Source of the DNA: an uncultured Verrucomicrobiae bacterium
Lineage (GTDB): Bacteria; Verrucomicrobiota; Verrucomicrobiia; Chthoniobacterales; Terrimicrobiaceae
Direction: 5' to 3'
NCBI GenBank assembly: GCA_963706955.1
Contig: CAVPOC010000008.1
Coordinates: 448,001-512,000 of the forward strand
Length of the DNA stretch: 64,000 bases
Numbering within the stretch: the stretch's first letter is position 1; each line of letters opens with the position of its first letter. Of this stretch, positions 40,612 through 51,019 are shown in pieces. The position numbers and the translations under genes are program-made. The notes under the pieces are model-generated. The model was not told the DNA's origin. It did not search any database and worked only from the letters and a program-made list of their open reading frames with translations.

Positions 40612-41127
40612 ACGGTCTTCTGGCTGTCAACAGCATCCGACAACTCAAATGCAATCATGCAATTTAGGCCTTTTTCTTAGTTCTCGGAGGCTCTCGGATC
40701 CACTATGCAAACGAAATCACCTTACGTTGTCAGCCGATGCGATCAAATCGACTTCGCATACCGGGCTCACGATTCACGGAGGGGATCAAGAACTTCTTGC
40801 CCAATAAGCTAGTGCTAGGAGGAGCAAAGTCCAATGACTTCGAGTAAGTTCGAACGCGAGTCGATGCAGCAACTGCCGCAATGCTCCGAGCAGTTGCCGG
40901 AGTGTCCCGTCGAGCAGAGTCTTCCGGCGAGGACGCCGGAAATTGCACGCGCGGATTCGCCGAGGGGCGAATGCGCTCCCCAGAAATTTCGAGTGCTGCA
41001 TTTCTCGGTCATTGGGCGCCTGAAGCTCGCTAGCAAACGTCTCCTCCCCCAAGCCCAGCCCTTAAACGGAGGACGCTCTAAGCTTCTGACTAGCTTAGAT
41101 TTCGTCTGAGGTGATTACTGTCGGTCT

Positions 41128-42411
41128 TTAGGCGGGCTCATTGCTTGGGTCGCGAGTGAGCCCGAAAGCTTGCTCGAGGATATCGGCTGCCATAGAGAGC
41201 CCGTTTGTCTCGGCAATAACTTTCTGGAAATAACGCGCATTGTCGCGAAACGTAGGGTCGGTGAGCACTTCGTCCACGAGACGCGAAAGACCTGGCGCCG
41301 TCAGCTCTTTTAGCGGTGCAACAAGCCCTGTTTTCTTGTCGGCAATTCTCGCGGCGACACCGGGTTGATCATTGGTAATCGGGATTGCGACTCGAGGAAC
41401 GCCTTGGGCCAAAGCTTCGAGGACCGTATTCAATCCCGCATGAGTGATGCAAACCGACGCGCGCTTGAGAAGCTCCAATTGCGGGGCCGATTTTACGGTG
41501 ATCGCGCTCTTTGGAAGAGGTCCGATCTCCTGCGGATCAACGTGATCGCCGAGTGAGAGGACGAGTTGCACATCCTTGAGACCGGAGGTGGCTGCCGCAA
41601 TGGTGTGGAAAACGTTGGCCACCCGGTTCTGCAGTGTTCCCATCGATGCATAGATGAGGGGTTCTCCGGTCAGTCGTTCCCATGGGAATGCGACATCTAT
41701 TCGGCCAACGCCGTCATGGAATGGTCCAGTATGGCGCAATTGGGGCGGCCAATGTGAACTTTCAAAGTCGAACTCTTCCGGTAGTTGGGTGAGCCAAGCC
41801 AGCTTCGACATCGTAGCTCCGGGATCTTCCCAGTCGATTTTGGGTCCAACTCGCTCAGCGTAAGCTCTCGCTCCAGGGTTGGCTCGCTTAACGATGTTAA
41901 GAAAATTTGCCACGCCTTTTCGGTTTCTATCCATGGCTTCCGGGCCGGTCTCGTGAGGCCAATCGTAAATAGGAAGTGGCGTGTAGCCGGAGCAATCGAA
42001 GTGCAGCGCGTTTGATACGTGCACATAGGGCATTCCTAGACTTAGAGGCACCAATTCAGCATAGAACAGGTAGGTGTCGAGGACGAGCGCGTCCACTCCC
42101 GTCGCACGCAGCATGTCCGGAAAGGAATGGAACATGGCATTAGTTATGGCGGCGCAGGCCTCGATGGAAAGCTGGAGAGCCGCCTCCCCCTCACATGTGC
42201 CGATCCCGCGGACATATTCATTGACTGACCCGATTGGAAACTCGTTTTCACAACAGGGAAGAAATGGTAATCCAGCCGCACGAACCAAAGGCTCTGTATC
42301 TGGCAAACACATGAAGACTATTTCGTGATTCCGTGACTGAAGCTTTCGGGCGAGGACACTCATTGGGTTGAGATGTCCCGGCACTGGAACAGAAACAAAT
42401 GCAATTTTCAT
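41128..42411 (-). CDS. Family 1 glycosyltransferase (MGT/UGT-like)
   Basis: PVPGHLNP, YASMGTL and APQLELL...ITHAGLNTVLEAL..GVP...PITNDQP. Confidence 0.93.
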   Translation of the reverse strand: MKIAFVSVPVPGHLNPMSVLARKLQSRNHEIVFMCLPDTEPLVRAAGLPFLPCCENEFPIGSVNEYVRGIGTCEGEAALQLSIEACAAITNAMFHSFPDMLRATGVDALVLDTYLFYAELVPLSLGMPYVHVSNALHFDCSGYTPLPIYDWPHETGPEAMDRNRKGVANFLNIVKRANPGARAYAERVGPKIDWEDPGATMSKLAWLTQLPEEFDFESSHWPPQLRHTGPFHDGVGRIDVAFPWERLTGEPLIYASMGTLQNRVANVFHTIAAATSGLKDVQLVLSLGDHVDPQEIGPLPKSAITVKSAPQLELLKRASVCITHAGLNTVLEALAQGVPRVAIPITNDQPGVAARIADKKTGLVAPLKELTAPGLSRLVDEVLTDPTFRDNARYFQKVIAETNGLSMAADILEQAFGLTRDPSNEPA

Positions 42412-42952
42412 GGCCGGAATGATGGACAACCAGATCTTGTGGATGGGCCCATTCCTCTGTCAAGTGCTGCCATCGTTGTCTGAATAATTCGAAACCGTTC
42501 ACGCTGCCGGATTCGTAAGTTCTACTTGGGGCGGCGATCCACCCGCCGAGCAACGAGGATGCCCATCGTGATCCTGTTAGCGGGAGAAGAGCTCTCATTC
42601 GACCGACTCGAGGAGACTTTGCACCACGATCTCGCAGCCGGGGGCCATTACTCCGATTACGCCAATTCTTGCGCAAGATTGTCCGGTTAATGTTTAAACA
42701 CGGACCCCTTGGCATCAATTTGCTTGGAAAGCAGCCCTAATTCCGCTCGCAAGGCTGCTCGTTCCGATTTCTCAAATCACCGCCGTCCACAAGCGCTTTG
42801 GCTTGCGGAACAAGTCATGCTTTGCTCGATGAATTTCACGCTAGCGGCGGGGGCCTGGAAACGGTGCCGATGGGAAACCACGTGAAAAATTAGTTAAGAT
42901 TAGCTTAGAAAGGTCAGGATGGCGCGAGGTTTGGACCATTTGCAATACTTGG

Positions 42953-44212
42953 CAGCAGTCACTTCTCGTCATCATCACCGGGCAAAAGATCGATGCGGTG
43001 CTGATCATGGCCTATCATCGTCGGCTGCTGCGGCTCCCGCAGCGCTTCTTTGATACGATGCGCGTGGGCGACATTATCTCCCGCATGGACGACGCGCTCA
43101 ACATTCGCGCGTTCCTTAGTGAGACCGCCTTAGAGTTAATTCTGAACGCATTTCTTGTCATTTTCGCCTTCGCGGCCCTCTTCTTTTACTCCTGGCAACT
43201 CGCGCTTTTTTCGCTGGCGATTATTCCGGCGATTTTCATCTTGATGATTTTCAACAATCTCATCAACCGCAAGTTCCAGCGAAAGCTGATGGAGAAAACT
43301 GCGGATCTGGAGAGCCATCTCGTCGAGTCACTATCGAACCAACTATCCCTGCGTGCACTCCAGTTACAAAACTGGGCGACGCTGAAAACTGAGACCCGAT
43401 TTGTCGATCTCCTCCGCGCCGCCTGGCAGGCAACCATTCGCACGCAATTCGTCTCGAGCACAGCAAACCTTGTCACTCAGGCCTATGTTATCGGCCTACT
43501 CTGGCTCGGCGCCGCTCTGGTCCTCGATTCGAAGATGACCGCGGGGGCGATGATGTCCTGCTACACGCTGTCCGGTTTCATTGTTGGACCAGTCATGGTG
43601 CTGCTCAATGGAAACCATGCTCTCCAGCAGGCCTTGATTGCCGCCGATCGCCTCTTCGAGATTATGGATCTCGACGTGGAGGCGGACTCAGGGATCATCA
43701 CCTACTCGCCGACACGTGGAAATGGTTACACGATTGAGAAAGTAACCTTTCACCATCCCGGCCGAACGCCCGCTCTCATCGACATTTCCCTCGAGACCAT
43801 GCCGGGCACTCTCACCGTCATTTGCGGCGAGAGTGGCTCCGGAAAAAGCACACTGCTGGCGCTTCTGCAGCGCCACTACGATCCCGACCTGGGAAATATC
43901 GCCCTCGGTGGACACAACCTGTCCACCTACACCATGCGCAGCCTTCGCTCGGCGCTCGCAGTGGTTCCCCAACGTGTCGAGTTGTTCAACGGCACCATCG
44001 TCGAGAATATCGCCCCTGGTGAAAGCGCGCCGAACACAGACCGTCTCCTCGAGGTCTCCGCCGCGCTCGGTCTGGACGAACTTTGGGCCACGCTACCGAA
44101 TGGAATCCTCACGCCGCTGACGGAGCGAGGTTCCAATCTCTCCGGTGGTCAACGACAGCGCATCGCCTTGGCCCGCGCTCTCTTTCAGAATCGTCGCCTA
44201 GCCTCGGGATAA
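42953..44212 (+). pseudogene. Fragment of a peptidase-containing/type I secretion ABC exporter
   Basis: LLRLPQRFFDTMRVGDIISR, Walker A GESGSGKS and LSGGQRQR; stops before Walker B and lacks the N-terminal domains. Confidence 0.85.
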
Positions 44213-44356
44213 CGACGCCAATGTCGACCAATCCGTGTCCTTGTAGTTGCTCCACGACCATGTAAGGGCTGACAGGCAACATTAGCAGGTGCTGGCTTCC
44301 CAGGAGGGCCGTCTTCCAAAGACCTCTAGATTTCATTCGAATTGCCGCGGTTGATG

Positions 44357-44773
44357 TTATTTTACGATGATCTTCCCGGTCATATGAGGGTGGATCGAAC
44401 AAAAGTAGGTAAAGGTTCCCGTCGTTGTGAACGTATGGGAGAAGCTCTCATCGGTGTCCAAGGCCGCTGATTTCTTGAATTGATTGTCGGCACTCGCCAC
44501 GACATGCGGCACGTCATCGTGGTTAGTCCAAACTACCGTCGTGCCCGCAGCAACCGTGATTTCTTTTGGCAAGAAGCTGAAGTTATCAATAGCTACCTCG
44601 GCCTTGCCGGCACCGGGGACCGATACCTGCTGTGGGTCGCTTCCCTCAGATCGCATAAGGCCCAGGAGCACGAGGCCAATAGCCAGGACGCAGATGACAA
44701 TTTCAGGTCTCGGGTAATTGCGCCAAGCGGACCTGCGGCAGCGCTGTTGGCAATGGAGGCAATAGAGTGACAT
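44357..44773 (-). CDS. Cupredoxin (plastocyanin/amicyanin-like)
   Basis: WTNHDDVPHVV and YFCSIHPHMTG type-1 copper ligands; N-terminal hydrophobic segment. Confidence 0.9.
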   Translation of the reverse strand: MSLYCLHCQQRCRRSAWRNYPRPEIVICVLAIGLVLLGLMRSEGSDPQQVSVPGAGKAEVAIDNFSFLPKEITVAAGTTVVWTNHDDVPHVVASADNQFKKSAALDTDESFSHTFTTTGTFTYFCSIHPHMTGKIIVK

Positions 44774-44827
44774 AAAAATCAGCCTTTCAATGGTTATTTA
44801 CTAAGGGCGATGTCCCCCTCAGCTCTC

Positions 44828-44855
44828 CATACCGAGAGAGTGAGAAAATATTCCC
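44828..44855 (-). promoter_or_regulatory. Putative ECF sigma promoter for the cupredoxin gene
   Basis: GGGAATA-N16-GTATG on the minus strand. Confidence 0.6.
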
Positions 44856-45038
44856 ACCGAGCGACGCGTTCCTTCACCAACGCTAGTAAATCTTTCCAAT
44901 GGTATCCGTGGTTTACACGCCGGCGCACGGCTTGCGCAAAGGCGCGGCTAATGACGTGGCTCATTGTCAGGATTGACGCTATTTGCAGGTGCTTATTGAC
45001 GAGTCGCTCCGCAGCGAACGACTAAGAGCGTCGCGGGG

Positions 45039-45672
45039 TTACGATGAGAAATGAACCGAAGCCGGTCTTGACATCGCTTCCCCAATCCGGGGAACTGTGC
45101 GCCGTACCAGAGATAATGTGTTTAGCACAAGACTATTTGCCTCGGACCAGTCGGGATCGGCAGTCTTGGCACGTGCGTCGAAACAGATCGTTTTGCCCTC
45201 AGCATTGACGAAGAGATAACGAATTGCCCGAATATTCTGGGTGAAGAGAGATGGTTTTTTTCCGTAAACGATCTTCAGGCCGCGAACAGCGTGCCTCGTA
45301 AAGACGCGTTCGCTGTGCATTGAACCCGCTCCTACCGCCGCCTCAGGTTGCGACCTTGAAACCTCGGTGACTATTATATCGACATCGTCCCCGTCTAGCC
45401 GCCCGAGCAAGCCATGGTTGCCTGGGTTAAGCTCGATACCCCATTTCGTGCGGTCAACCCTGAGCTGAAAACCACCGATCGTAACGTTACTCGTCGACCG
45501 AAGGCATTCGGACATCGAAGGGGTCGTTCGGGGCGACCATGTTCGTTTGGTCGTACTCCTGGGCGAGGATGCTGCCAACGGTGAAAGTGGTAACGGTCGC
45601 GGTAATCGCCAAGTATCGGCCGCCTGATGTGCCCATAAGATTCGAAACATAGGGATGCAAATGTGATTTCAT
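45039..45672 (-). pseudogene. Disrupted secreted-protein gene, possibly TIGR03118-like
   Basis: Signal-like start then AQEYDQTNMVA; continues in another frame with KWGIELNP...IVY...YLFVNAEG. Confidence 0.4.
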
Positions 45673-45748
45673 AAAAGTTGAGTTAGGTTCGTTGTTAGTA
45701 GTGGTGTATTTGACTTACGGGCAAGTGATGAGATCGCCCTCATTGCAT

Positions 45749-45777
45749 CATACTAAGTGTTCGGCCCGAATATTCCC
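45749..45777 (-). promoter_or_regulatory. Putative ECF sigma promoter
   Basis: GGGAATA-N17-GTATG on the minus strand. Confidence 0.55.
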
Positions 45778-45944
45778 GTCGGACGATAATGTGTCGCTTC
45801 GGTAGGGTGGCTTCAGGATCCCAGCTTCTTTTGTGAATCGCGCTGGCTCGAGCGCCGGTGTGGTGGCAAGTGCCGGCTGACCGGCATATCTACGAAGTAT
45901 GCCCGGAGCGCTCTATTCGCGGATTGCAACCCGCCCACAGGCGG

Positions 45945-46775
45945 TTAAGGCTGCGGCGCGGTCTGCCTCTCGATCAGTTGCTTAAGCGCCACCAGCTCGT
46001 TGCTGGCAGCATCCGAGACGGCCCAGTAATTGAGGTCGCGATCGGCCCAACGGAGAAGCTGATAACCTTGGCGGCTGATCGCTTTCGTAGTTTTCCCGTC
46101 ACCGGTCTCAATCGGCCAGATGAAGACGTTAACTAAGTGCTTACGCCGCTGGTAAACCAAAGCGGCCACTGGTCTGTTATTAAGGTAATCGAGTCGTCCC
46201 CCAACCAGCGGAAATCCGTCGCTGGCGGGGTTAACCACTGAAGGCGCAAAATCGAGCTTGCCGTCGAACCACGGTTTGACTGTGTGTTGGTCCGAGGAGG
46301 CCACATCGGTAAGATGGTCCACCATGAGCGAGCGCACATGACTGGCGACAAGTTGTGTTGCCAGGAATGGTTCTGCATCCAGTCGTCGCAAGCCTGGCGC
46401 CAAATTCCACACAATCAGAAAGGCCACAGCGAGGGCGGCAGCCAGGCCCAGCCAGTTCCATGGCATCTCAAAGAGAAGTGTCCGGACATCTGGTTGCTTT
46501 CTGGTAACGTCGGACCCAAGTTCTGGCGCGGCACCTGGCACTGACCCGGGAATTTGATCTCGTAGCGACGCTTGAACCCGTTCACGTAAACCTGCTGGAG
46601 CCTTGTGATAAGGAGCGACCACGCCAACCGCACCAACCACCGCGTGATGTTCCTTAAAAAGCTGATCGCAAGCTGAGCATTTTTGCAGGTGCCCTTCGAT
46701 CTCCCTGTTGGTGACCGGATCCAGTTCGCCATCCAGATATGCGTCGACCAGTTCGATGACTTCCTTGCAGTTCAC
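45945..46775 (-). CDS. Membrane-anchored zinc-binding anti-sigma factor
   Basis: YLDGEL...HLQKCSAC (HxxxCxxC); one TM helix; SSDQHTVKPWFDGKLDF and LVGGRLDY. Confidence 0.92.
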   Translation of the reverse strand: MNCKEVIELVDAYLDGELDPVTNREIEGHLQKCSACDQLFKEHHAVVGAVGVVAPYHKAPAGLRERVQASLRDQIPGSVPGAAPELGSDVTRKQPDVRTLLFEMPWNWLGLAAALAVAFLIVWNLAPGLRRLDAEPFLATQLVASHVRSLMVDHLTDVASSDQHTVKPWFDGKLDFAPSVVNPASDGFPLVGGRLDYLNNRPVAALVYQRRKHLVNVFIWPIETGDGKTTKAISRQGYQLLRWADRDLNYWAVSDAASNELVALKQLIERQTAPQP

Positions 46776-47299
46776 GCTTTCTCCTTTCCAAGGCGATCAC
46801 CCAGGCATTCCTTTAGTCGAGCACGGGCCCGTGCGAGTCGTGACATCACCGTGCCGGGCGGAATCTGCGCGATGTCGGCGATCTCCTTGTAGGATAATTC
46901 TTCAAGGTGACGCAACACCAGAATCTCCCGAAACTCCACCGCCAAATCCTCCATGGCCTCTCTGATGGCCTCCGCATCTTCGGTCTTCTCGAGCGTCAGC
47001 GCCGGATTTGCCGTGTCGCAGCCGGAGGTGTGTATCTCCTCGTCAAAAGTTGCAAGCTCCACCGCTCGGTTCTTTCTCAGCCATGTGTAGGCGGTGTTCC
47101 GGACAATCTTCAGGAGCCAGGCGCGCCCGTCGGAGCCGCGGAACCCGTGGAAAGACTTGAGGGCACGCAGATAGGCTTCCTGCACAATATCCTGCGCATC
47201 GTCTTCGTTACGCACCAACCATCGGGCCAGGTTATGCGCGGCGTCCAAGTGCGGCAACATCAGCGCTTCGAATGACGCAAATTCGTGCTCCTGGGACAT
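46772..47299 (-). CDS. ECF RNA polymerase sigma factor
   Basis: DAQDIVQEAYLRA, RAWLLKIVRN and LSYKEIA...GTVMSRLARAR; overlaps the anti-sigma start; true start may be upstream (to 47404). Confidence 0.93.
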   Translation of the reverse strand: MSQEHEFASFEALMLPHLDAAHNLARWLVRNEDDAQDIVQEAYLRALKSFHGFRGSDGRAWLLKIVRNTAYTWLRKNRAVELATFDEEIHTSGCDTANPALTLEKTEDAEAIREAMEDLAVEFREILVLRHLEELSYKEIADIAQIPPGTVMSRLARARARLKECLGDRLGKEKA

Positions 47300-47682
47300 A
47301 CCTGGTCCTTCCGGCTTCTTAAGCACGAATAAGTTCACGACCTTCTTCCGCGACTGGAGATCTTCGTCCCTTAAAGGGTACTCCATTGTCAATACTGCCG
47401 CCATAGCGTTCCTCCAGCGGTCATTTCGCCCGGAGCACCCCCCACTGCGGAAGGGGGCGGCAAACCAGAGTTTCCACGCCGCGCAGCTCGCGGACGATCC
47501 CCTGCCACTGAAAACTGCACCGTGCGCGGACGTCTGAGCATTGCGAGGATATGCAGCAGGCGAGGGCGGGCTCGGGCGCGAGCATCCCGCTCGAGTTCCG
47601 GGAGGTCGTCAATCGAGATTTCCGCGACGGCTCTGGTCTGAGGGAAGCAGATTTTGCTCACACATGTTTGCATTTGTCTAAA

Positions 47683-47771
47683 AGAACGCTTTCGCCCCGC
47701 CCGATATTCCAATTTTTCGAGAGAAAGTTTCCATGACCCTCCGGGAATAAAGATCTGGCCAATCCGGTATG
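47683..47771. promoter_or_regulatory. Divergent pair of putative ECF promoters
   Basis: Minus strand GGAATA-N17-GTTCT (from 47710) toward the sigma gene; plus strand GGGAATA-N17-GTATG (47743-47771) toward the phosphoesterase. Confidence 0.6.
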
Positions 47772-47832
47772 AACCAATGACGGCGCTTCCAAACAGACGC
47801 CGCAAGAACTCATCTCAAAAAGAAACACTACC

Positions 47833-48816
47833 ATGTCCGATCGAATCATCCACGACCACAACCACGACGGCATCGACCGTCGGGGATTTCTCAAATGCAT
47901 GGCCTGGGCCGGGACTGGCGCGCTTTTGGCCGTCAGTGGTGGAGTCTTACGCTCTCAAACGCTGACTCGTGCCGGAGATCTTCAAAAGCATGTGAGGCCG
48001 GGGGACTTGAGCTTTGTGCAAATCAGTGACAGCCACATTGGTTTCAGCAAAGAAGCAAACAAGAATGTTCTCTCCACCCTTCAAGCCGCCATTGACAAGA
48101 TCAACGCCTTGCCGACTCCGCCAGCATTTATTCTTCACACCGGCGATTTGAGTCATCTTTCCAAACCCGAGGAATTCGATGCCCTTGATCAATTGCTCAA
48201 ATCGGCCAGGACGGAGAGGATCTTCTACGTTCCCGGTGAACACGACGTCTTGACCGAAAATGGGGCGATTTATATGGAGCGATATGGAAGGGGGACCAAA
48301 GGCTCTGGCTGGCAGAGCTTTGACGTCAAGGGTGTGCATTTCATCGGACTTGTGAATGTTCTCAATCTGAAGGCTGGTGGCTTGGGCAACCTTGGGCGCG
48401 AACAGCTCGAATGGTTGGAAGACGACGTAAAGGGCCTCGCGAGCAGCACTCCCATCGTCGTCTTCGCGCACATTCCGCTGTGGACCGTATATCCCGAGTG
48501 GGGATGGGGCACCGATGACAGCGAACAGGCACTCTCCTACCTAAGGAGGTTCGGATCCGTGACAGTCCTCAACGGCCATATTCATCAGACGCTGCAAAAG
48601 ATCGAAGGGAACGTGCATTTCCACACGGCTATGTCCACAGCCTTTCCGCAACCGGCTCCCGGGACGGCAGCTTCGCCCGGCCCGATGAAAGTTCCCGCCG
48701 AAAAGCTGCGAAGCGTCCTGGGTCTGGCCAGTGTCAACTATGTTCAGGGCAAACAGGCTCTGGCCATCATTGATTCGCCTCTAGAGGCGACGGCTCCTGA
48801 AACGATCGGCACTTAA
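47833..48816 (+). CDS. Tat-exported metallophosphoesterase (calcineurin-like)
   Basis: DRRGFLK twin-arginine signal; SDSH, TGD, PGEHD, AHIP and GHIH. Confidence 0.92.
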   Translation: MSDRIIHDHNHDGIDRRGFLKCMAWAGTGALLAVSGGVLRSQTLTRAGDLQKHVRPGDLSFVQISDSHIGFSKEANKNVLSTLQAAIDKINALPTPPAFILHTGDLSHLSKPEEFDALDQLLKSARTERIFYVPGEHDVLTENGAIYMERYGRGTKGSGWQSFDVKGVHFIGLVNVLNLKAGGLGNLGREQLEWLEDDVKGLASSTPIVVFAHIPLWTVYPEWGWGTDDSEQALSYLRRFGSVTVLNGHIHQTLQKIEGNVHFHTAMSTAFPQPAPGTAASPGPMKVPAEKLRSVLGLASVNYVQGKQALAIIDSPLEATAPETIGT

Positions 48817-48830
48817 CCAAAAGTACGAAC

Positions 48831-49052
48831 ATGATCATGGCGAGTATCTTCAACCTTGCAGGTGCTGATCTGCTGGCAATTCTCTTCTTCGCCCTGCTAT
48901 TCTTCGGGTCCAAGAAGCTCCCTGAATTGGCCCGGGCGATGGGCAGAGCCGTCAGAGACTTCACCGCGGCTCGAGAGGAGATCGAGAGAGAGCTGACTCA
49001 CTCTGGCTCAAGCCCAGCTCCTGAGGTGAAATTGCCGGAGGTCAGAAACTGA
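48831..49052 (+). CDS. tatA: TatA/E translocase subunit
   Basis: LLFFGSKKLPELARAMG. Confidence 0.88.
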   Translation: MIMASIFNLAGADLLAILFFALLFFGSKKLPELARAMGRAVRDFTAAREEIERELTHSGSSPAPEVKLPEVRN

Positions 49053-49211
49053 CTTCCCCTGAGCGCTATTCAAGACTGACGCCGTCCAGCCTTGCGCCGA
49101 TTGATCGTTCCGGCGATTGCTTGTTGTGCAGGAGGAGCTGACCGGGCTCATTGCGGCGGGGGAATAATTCTCGCAATGCACGGGAGCTTGAAAACACGGA
49201 GATGGATCCAG

Positions 49212-49290
49212 ATGAATTGCCGGCGCTTCTTTGATTTTCGTCAAATGGGCGACGAACCGAAGCCATTTCTCGATCACATCGCAGATGCGA
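49212..49290 (+). pseudogene. tatC: Possible 5' stub of tatC
   Basis: RRFFDFRQMGDEPKPFLDHIAD resembles the TatC PFLDHLEEL start and lies just after tatA; no TM region follows. Confidence 0.45.
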
Positions 49291-49456
49291 CGAGGCACAG
49301 TCTTGAGGGTGATTAAGGTTCGCCACGGTTGGCTTCACGTGCGCAGGCCAGCGCGTTCGGCGCGTGTTCTGGGCTGGGTAAATTCGGCGGGTATACGCTC
49401 ATCGTGGTGACCATCTTTCCCGCATTAGCACGGCGGCCGCAACCAGCCCTGTGTCC

Positions 49457-49741
49457 CTAGGCATCGTGCTCGGCCTCGTGGCTTCGCAAAATGTGCTCTT
49501 CGCCATCGTCGGGATATTCCATTTGATCGAGTAGTCGGCGTCCGCGCGAGATGAACTTTTCTACGTCGATCCGCGGCCGGGCCGTCACCGCCAGCGCGGC
49601 GAGAACCCCGGCGATCGTGGCATGAACTCCGGAGAGAAGCATCGCTACCCACATACAGAACGCGAGCAACGCATATGGGAGCGGATTGCGCACTCCGAGT
49701 ATGCTCGCGGCGAGGAGCGCGGCGAAGAATCCGCCCACCAC
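49457..49741 (-). pseudogene. nhaA: Internal fragment of an NhaA Na+/H+ antiporter
   Basis: GVRNPLPY...WVAMLLSGVHATIAGV signature; both ends missing. Confidence 0.8.
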
Positions 49742-49812
49742 CCCGAGGCTTGCAGATTACTATTTGTCGAGGTTCCTCGGACTGAAATACTCCAGGCGAG
49801 ACGAACGACACC

Positions 49813-50301
49813 ATGACCGATACCTCCCGCGATACGCCAAATGTCCTGATCTTCCCCCCGCTGATCCCGCTCTCTGTTCTGGTAGTGGGGGTTGTCCTCA
49901 ATTTTTTTATGCCACTGGGCCTGCTCGCCAACGTTCAATTCCTGGGACGGATCGTGGTCGGCACCATAGCCTTCGTTGTCGGCATCGGAATGGTGATCGG
50001 CGCAAACCGCATCTTTCGTCGGATCGGTACAAACGCTCGACCGTCGCAGCCCACACTGGCGCTCGCGACCACCGGCATATTCACATGGACGCGAAATCCA
50101 ATGTATGTCGGCGGTAGCCTCGCGCTCCTCGGCATCGCAATCGGTTTCGCCCTCGATTGGGTTCTACTGCTCCTGGTAGTGAGCCTGCCTCTCGTGCATT
50201 ACGGCATCATCTTACGCGAGGAGCGCTATCTGGAACGCAAGTTCGGCGACGAATACCGGCGCTACAAGACGAAGGTCCCACGGTATTGGTGGCGATTCTG
50301 A
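49813..50301 (+). CDS. Isoprenylcysteine carboxyl/phospholipid methyltransferase family membrane protein
   Basis: TGIFTWTRNPMYVG and REERYLERKFGDEYRRY..KVPRY. Confidence 0.9.
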   Translation: MTDTSRDTPNVLIFPPLIPLSVLVVGVVLNFFMPLGLLANVQFLGRIVVGTIAFVVGIGMVIGANRIFRRIGTNARPSQPTLALATTGIFTWTRNPMYVGGSLALLGIAIGFALDWVLLLLVVSLPLVHYGIILREERYLERKFGDEYRRYKTKVPRYWWRF

Positions 50302-50496
50302 GTGAGCGTCATACCATCGTACCCGAGTACCGAACTCAAGCGCATCGCGTTCTGGGCATGGTGAAATAGCAGCTCAATTCCTGCAGAGCTGCCCTCGCCC
50401 GGGCGAGGAGTTTAAGCCAGAGCCGAAAGCACTTCGAGAACTGGCTTTATTCCGTGAGATTAATATGCTGGCCCCTGTCCATTATGACGATGAGTG

Positions 50497-50667
50497 ATAA
50501 CCACCCGCCGCATTCGTGGTGGCTGCTTTCGCAGCGTCGCCGATTTGCGCCAAGCCATCACGGACTACCTCGCTCATCACAATACCTATCCCAAACCCTT
50601 CCGGTGGACAGCTTCCGCCGACTCGATCCTCGAAAAGTATTGCCTTTGCGACTCATGCTTGGAGTGA
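50497..50667 (+). mobile_element. 3' remnant of an IS630-family transposase
   Basis: Manual translation ITTRRIRGGCFRSVADLRQAITDYLAHHNTYPKPFRWTASADSILEK. Confidence 0.8.
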
Positions 50668-50761
50668 CGCCCCAGGCCCTCAGGCACTACTGGAAGGCAT
50701 CGGCTGCAAATTCCACGGCGGGCTTGCTCAACAATTGGGTCAGAGCGCATTTGTGGACCGG

Positions 50762-50990
50762 CTACCGTTCGATTGTGATGATGTGGGCTTGAATCTTGCC
50801 GTCCACAGCACCCGCGCCGAACCGACTTGTGATTGCCGCCGTCGCAATTTCGGTGGCCTCGACTAGGCGTGAGGGACCACGCGCCTCGATTTCACTACGA
50901 AGAGGCGTGCCTTGGCAGTAGGCCACGGCAGGAATACGCGGCGAGTCCGCACGACTGCGCGCAGCGAGCGTGGTGACCTCGGGCAATCGT
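50762..50990 (-). pseudogene. C-terminal fragment of a SAM-dependent methyltransferase
   Basis: SRADSPRIPAVAYCQGTPLRSEIEAR...FGAGAVDGKIQAHII matches a methyltransferase tail I recall; the SAM-binding part is absent. Confidence 0.6.
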
Positions 50991-51019
50991 CCGCGAGAAC
51001 ACGGACTCCAAGCCACAGC

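Noticed and set aside
40786..41109. Overlapping short ORFs with a degenerate 21-nt repeat (QQLPQCS/EQLPECP)
   Set aside because: Only two imperfect units and the coding strand cannot be determined
42998..44212. Functional bacteriocin/RiPP export locus
   Set aside because: The transporter lacks Walker B and its N-terminus, and no precursor or modification genes are adjacent
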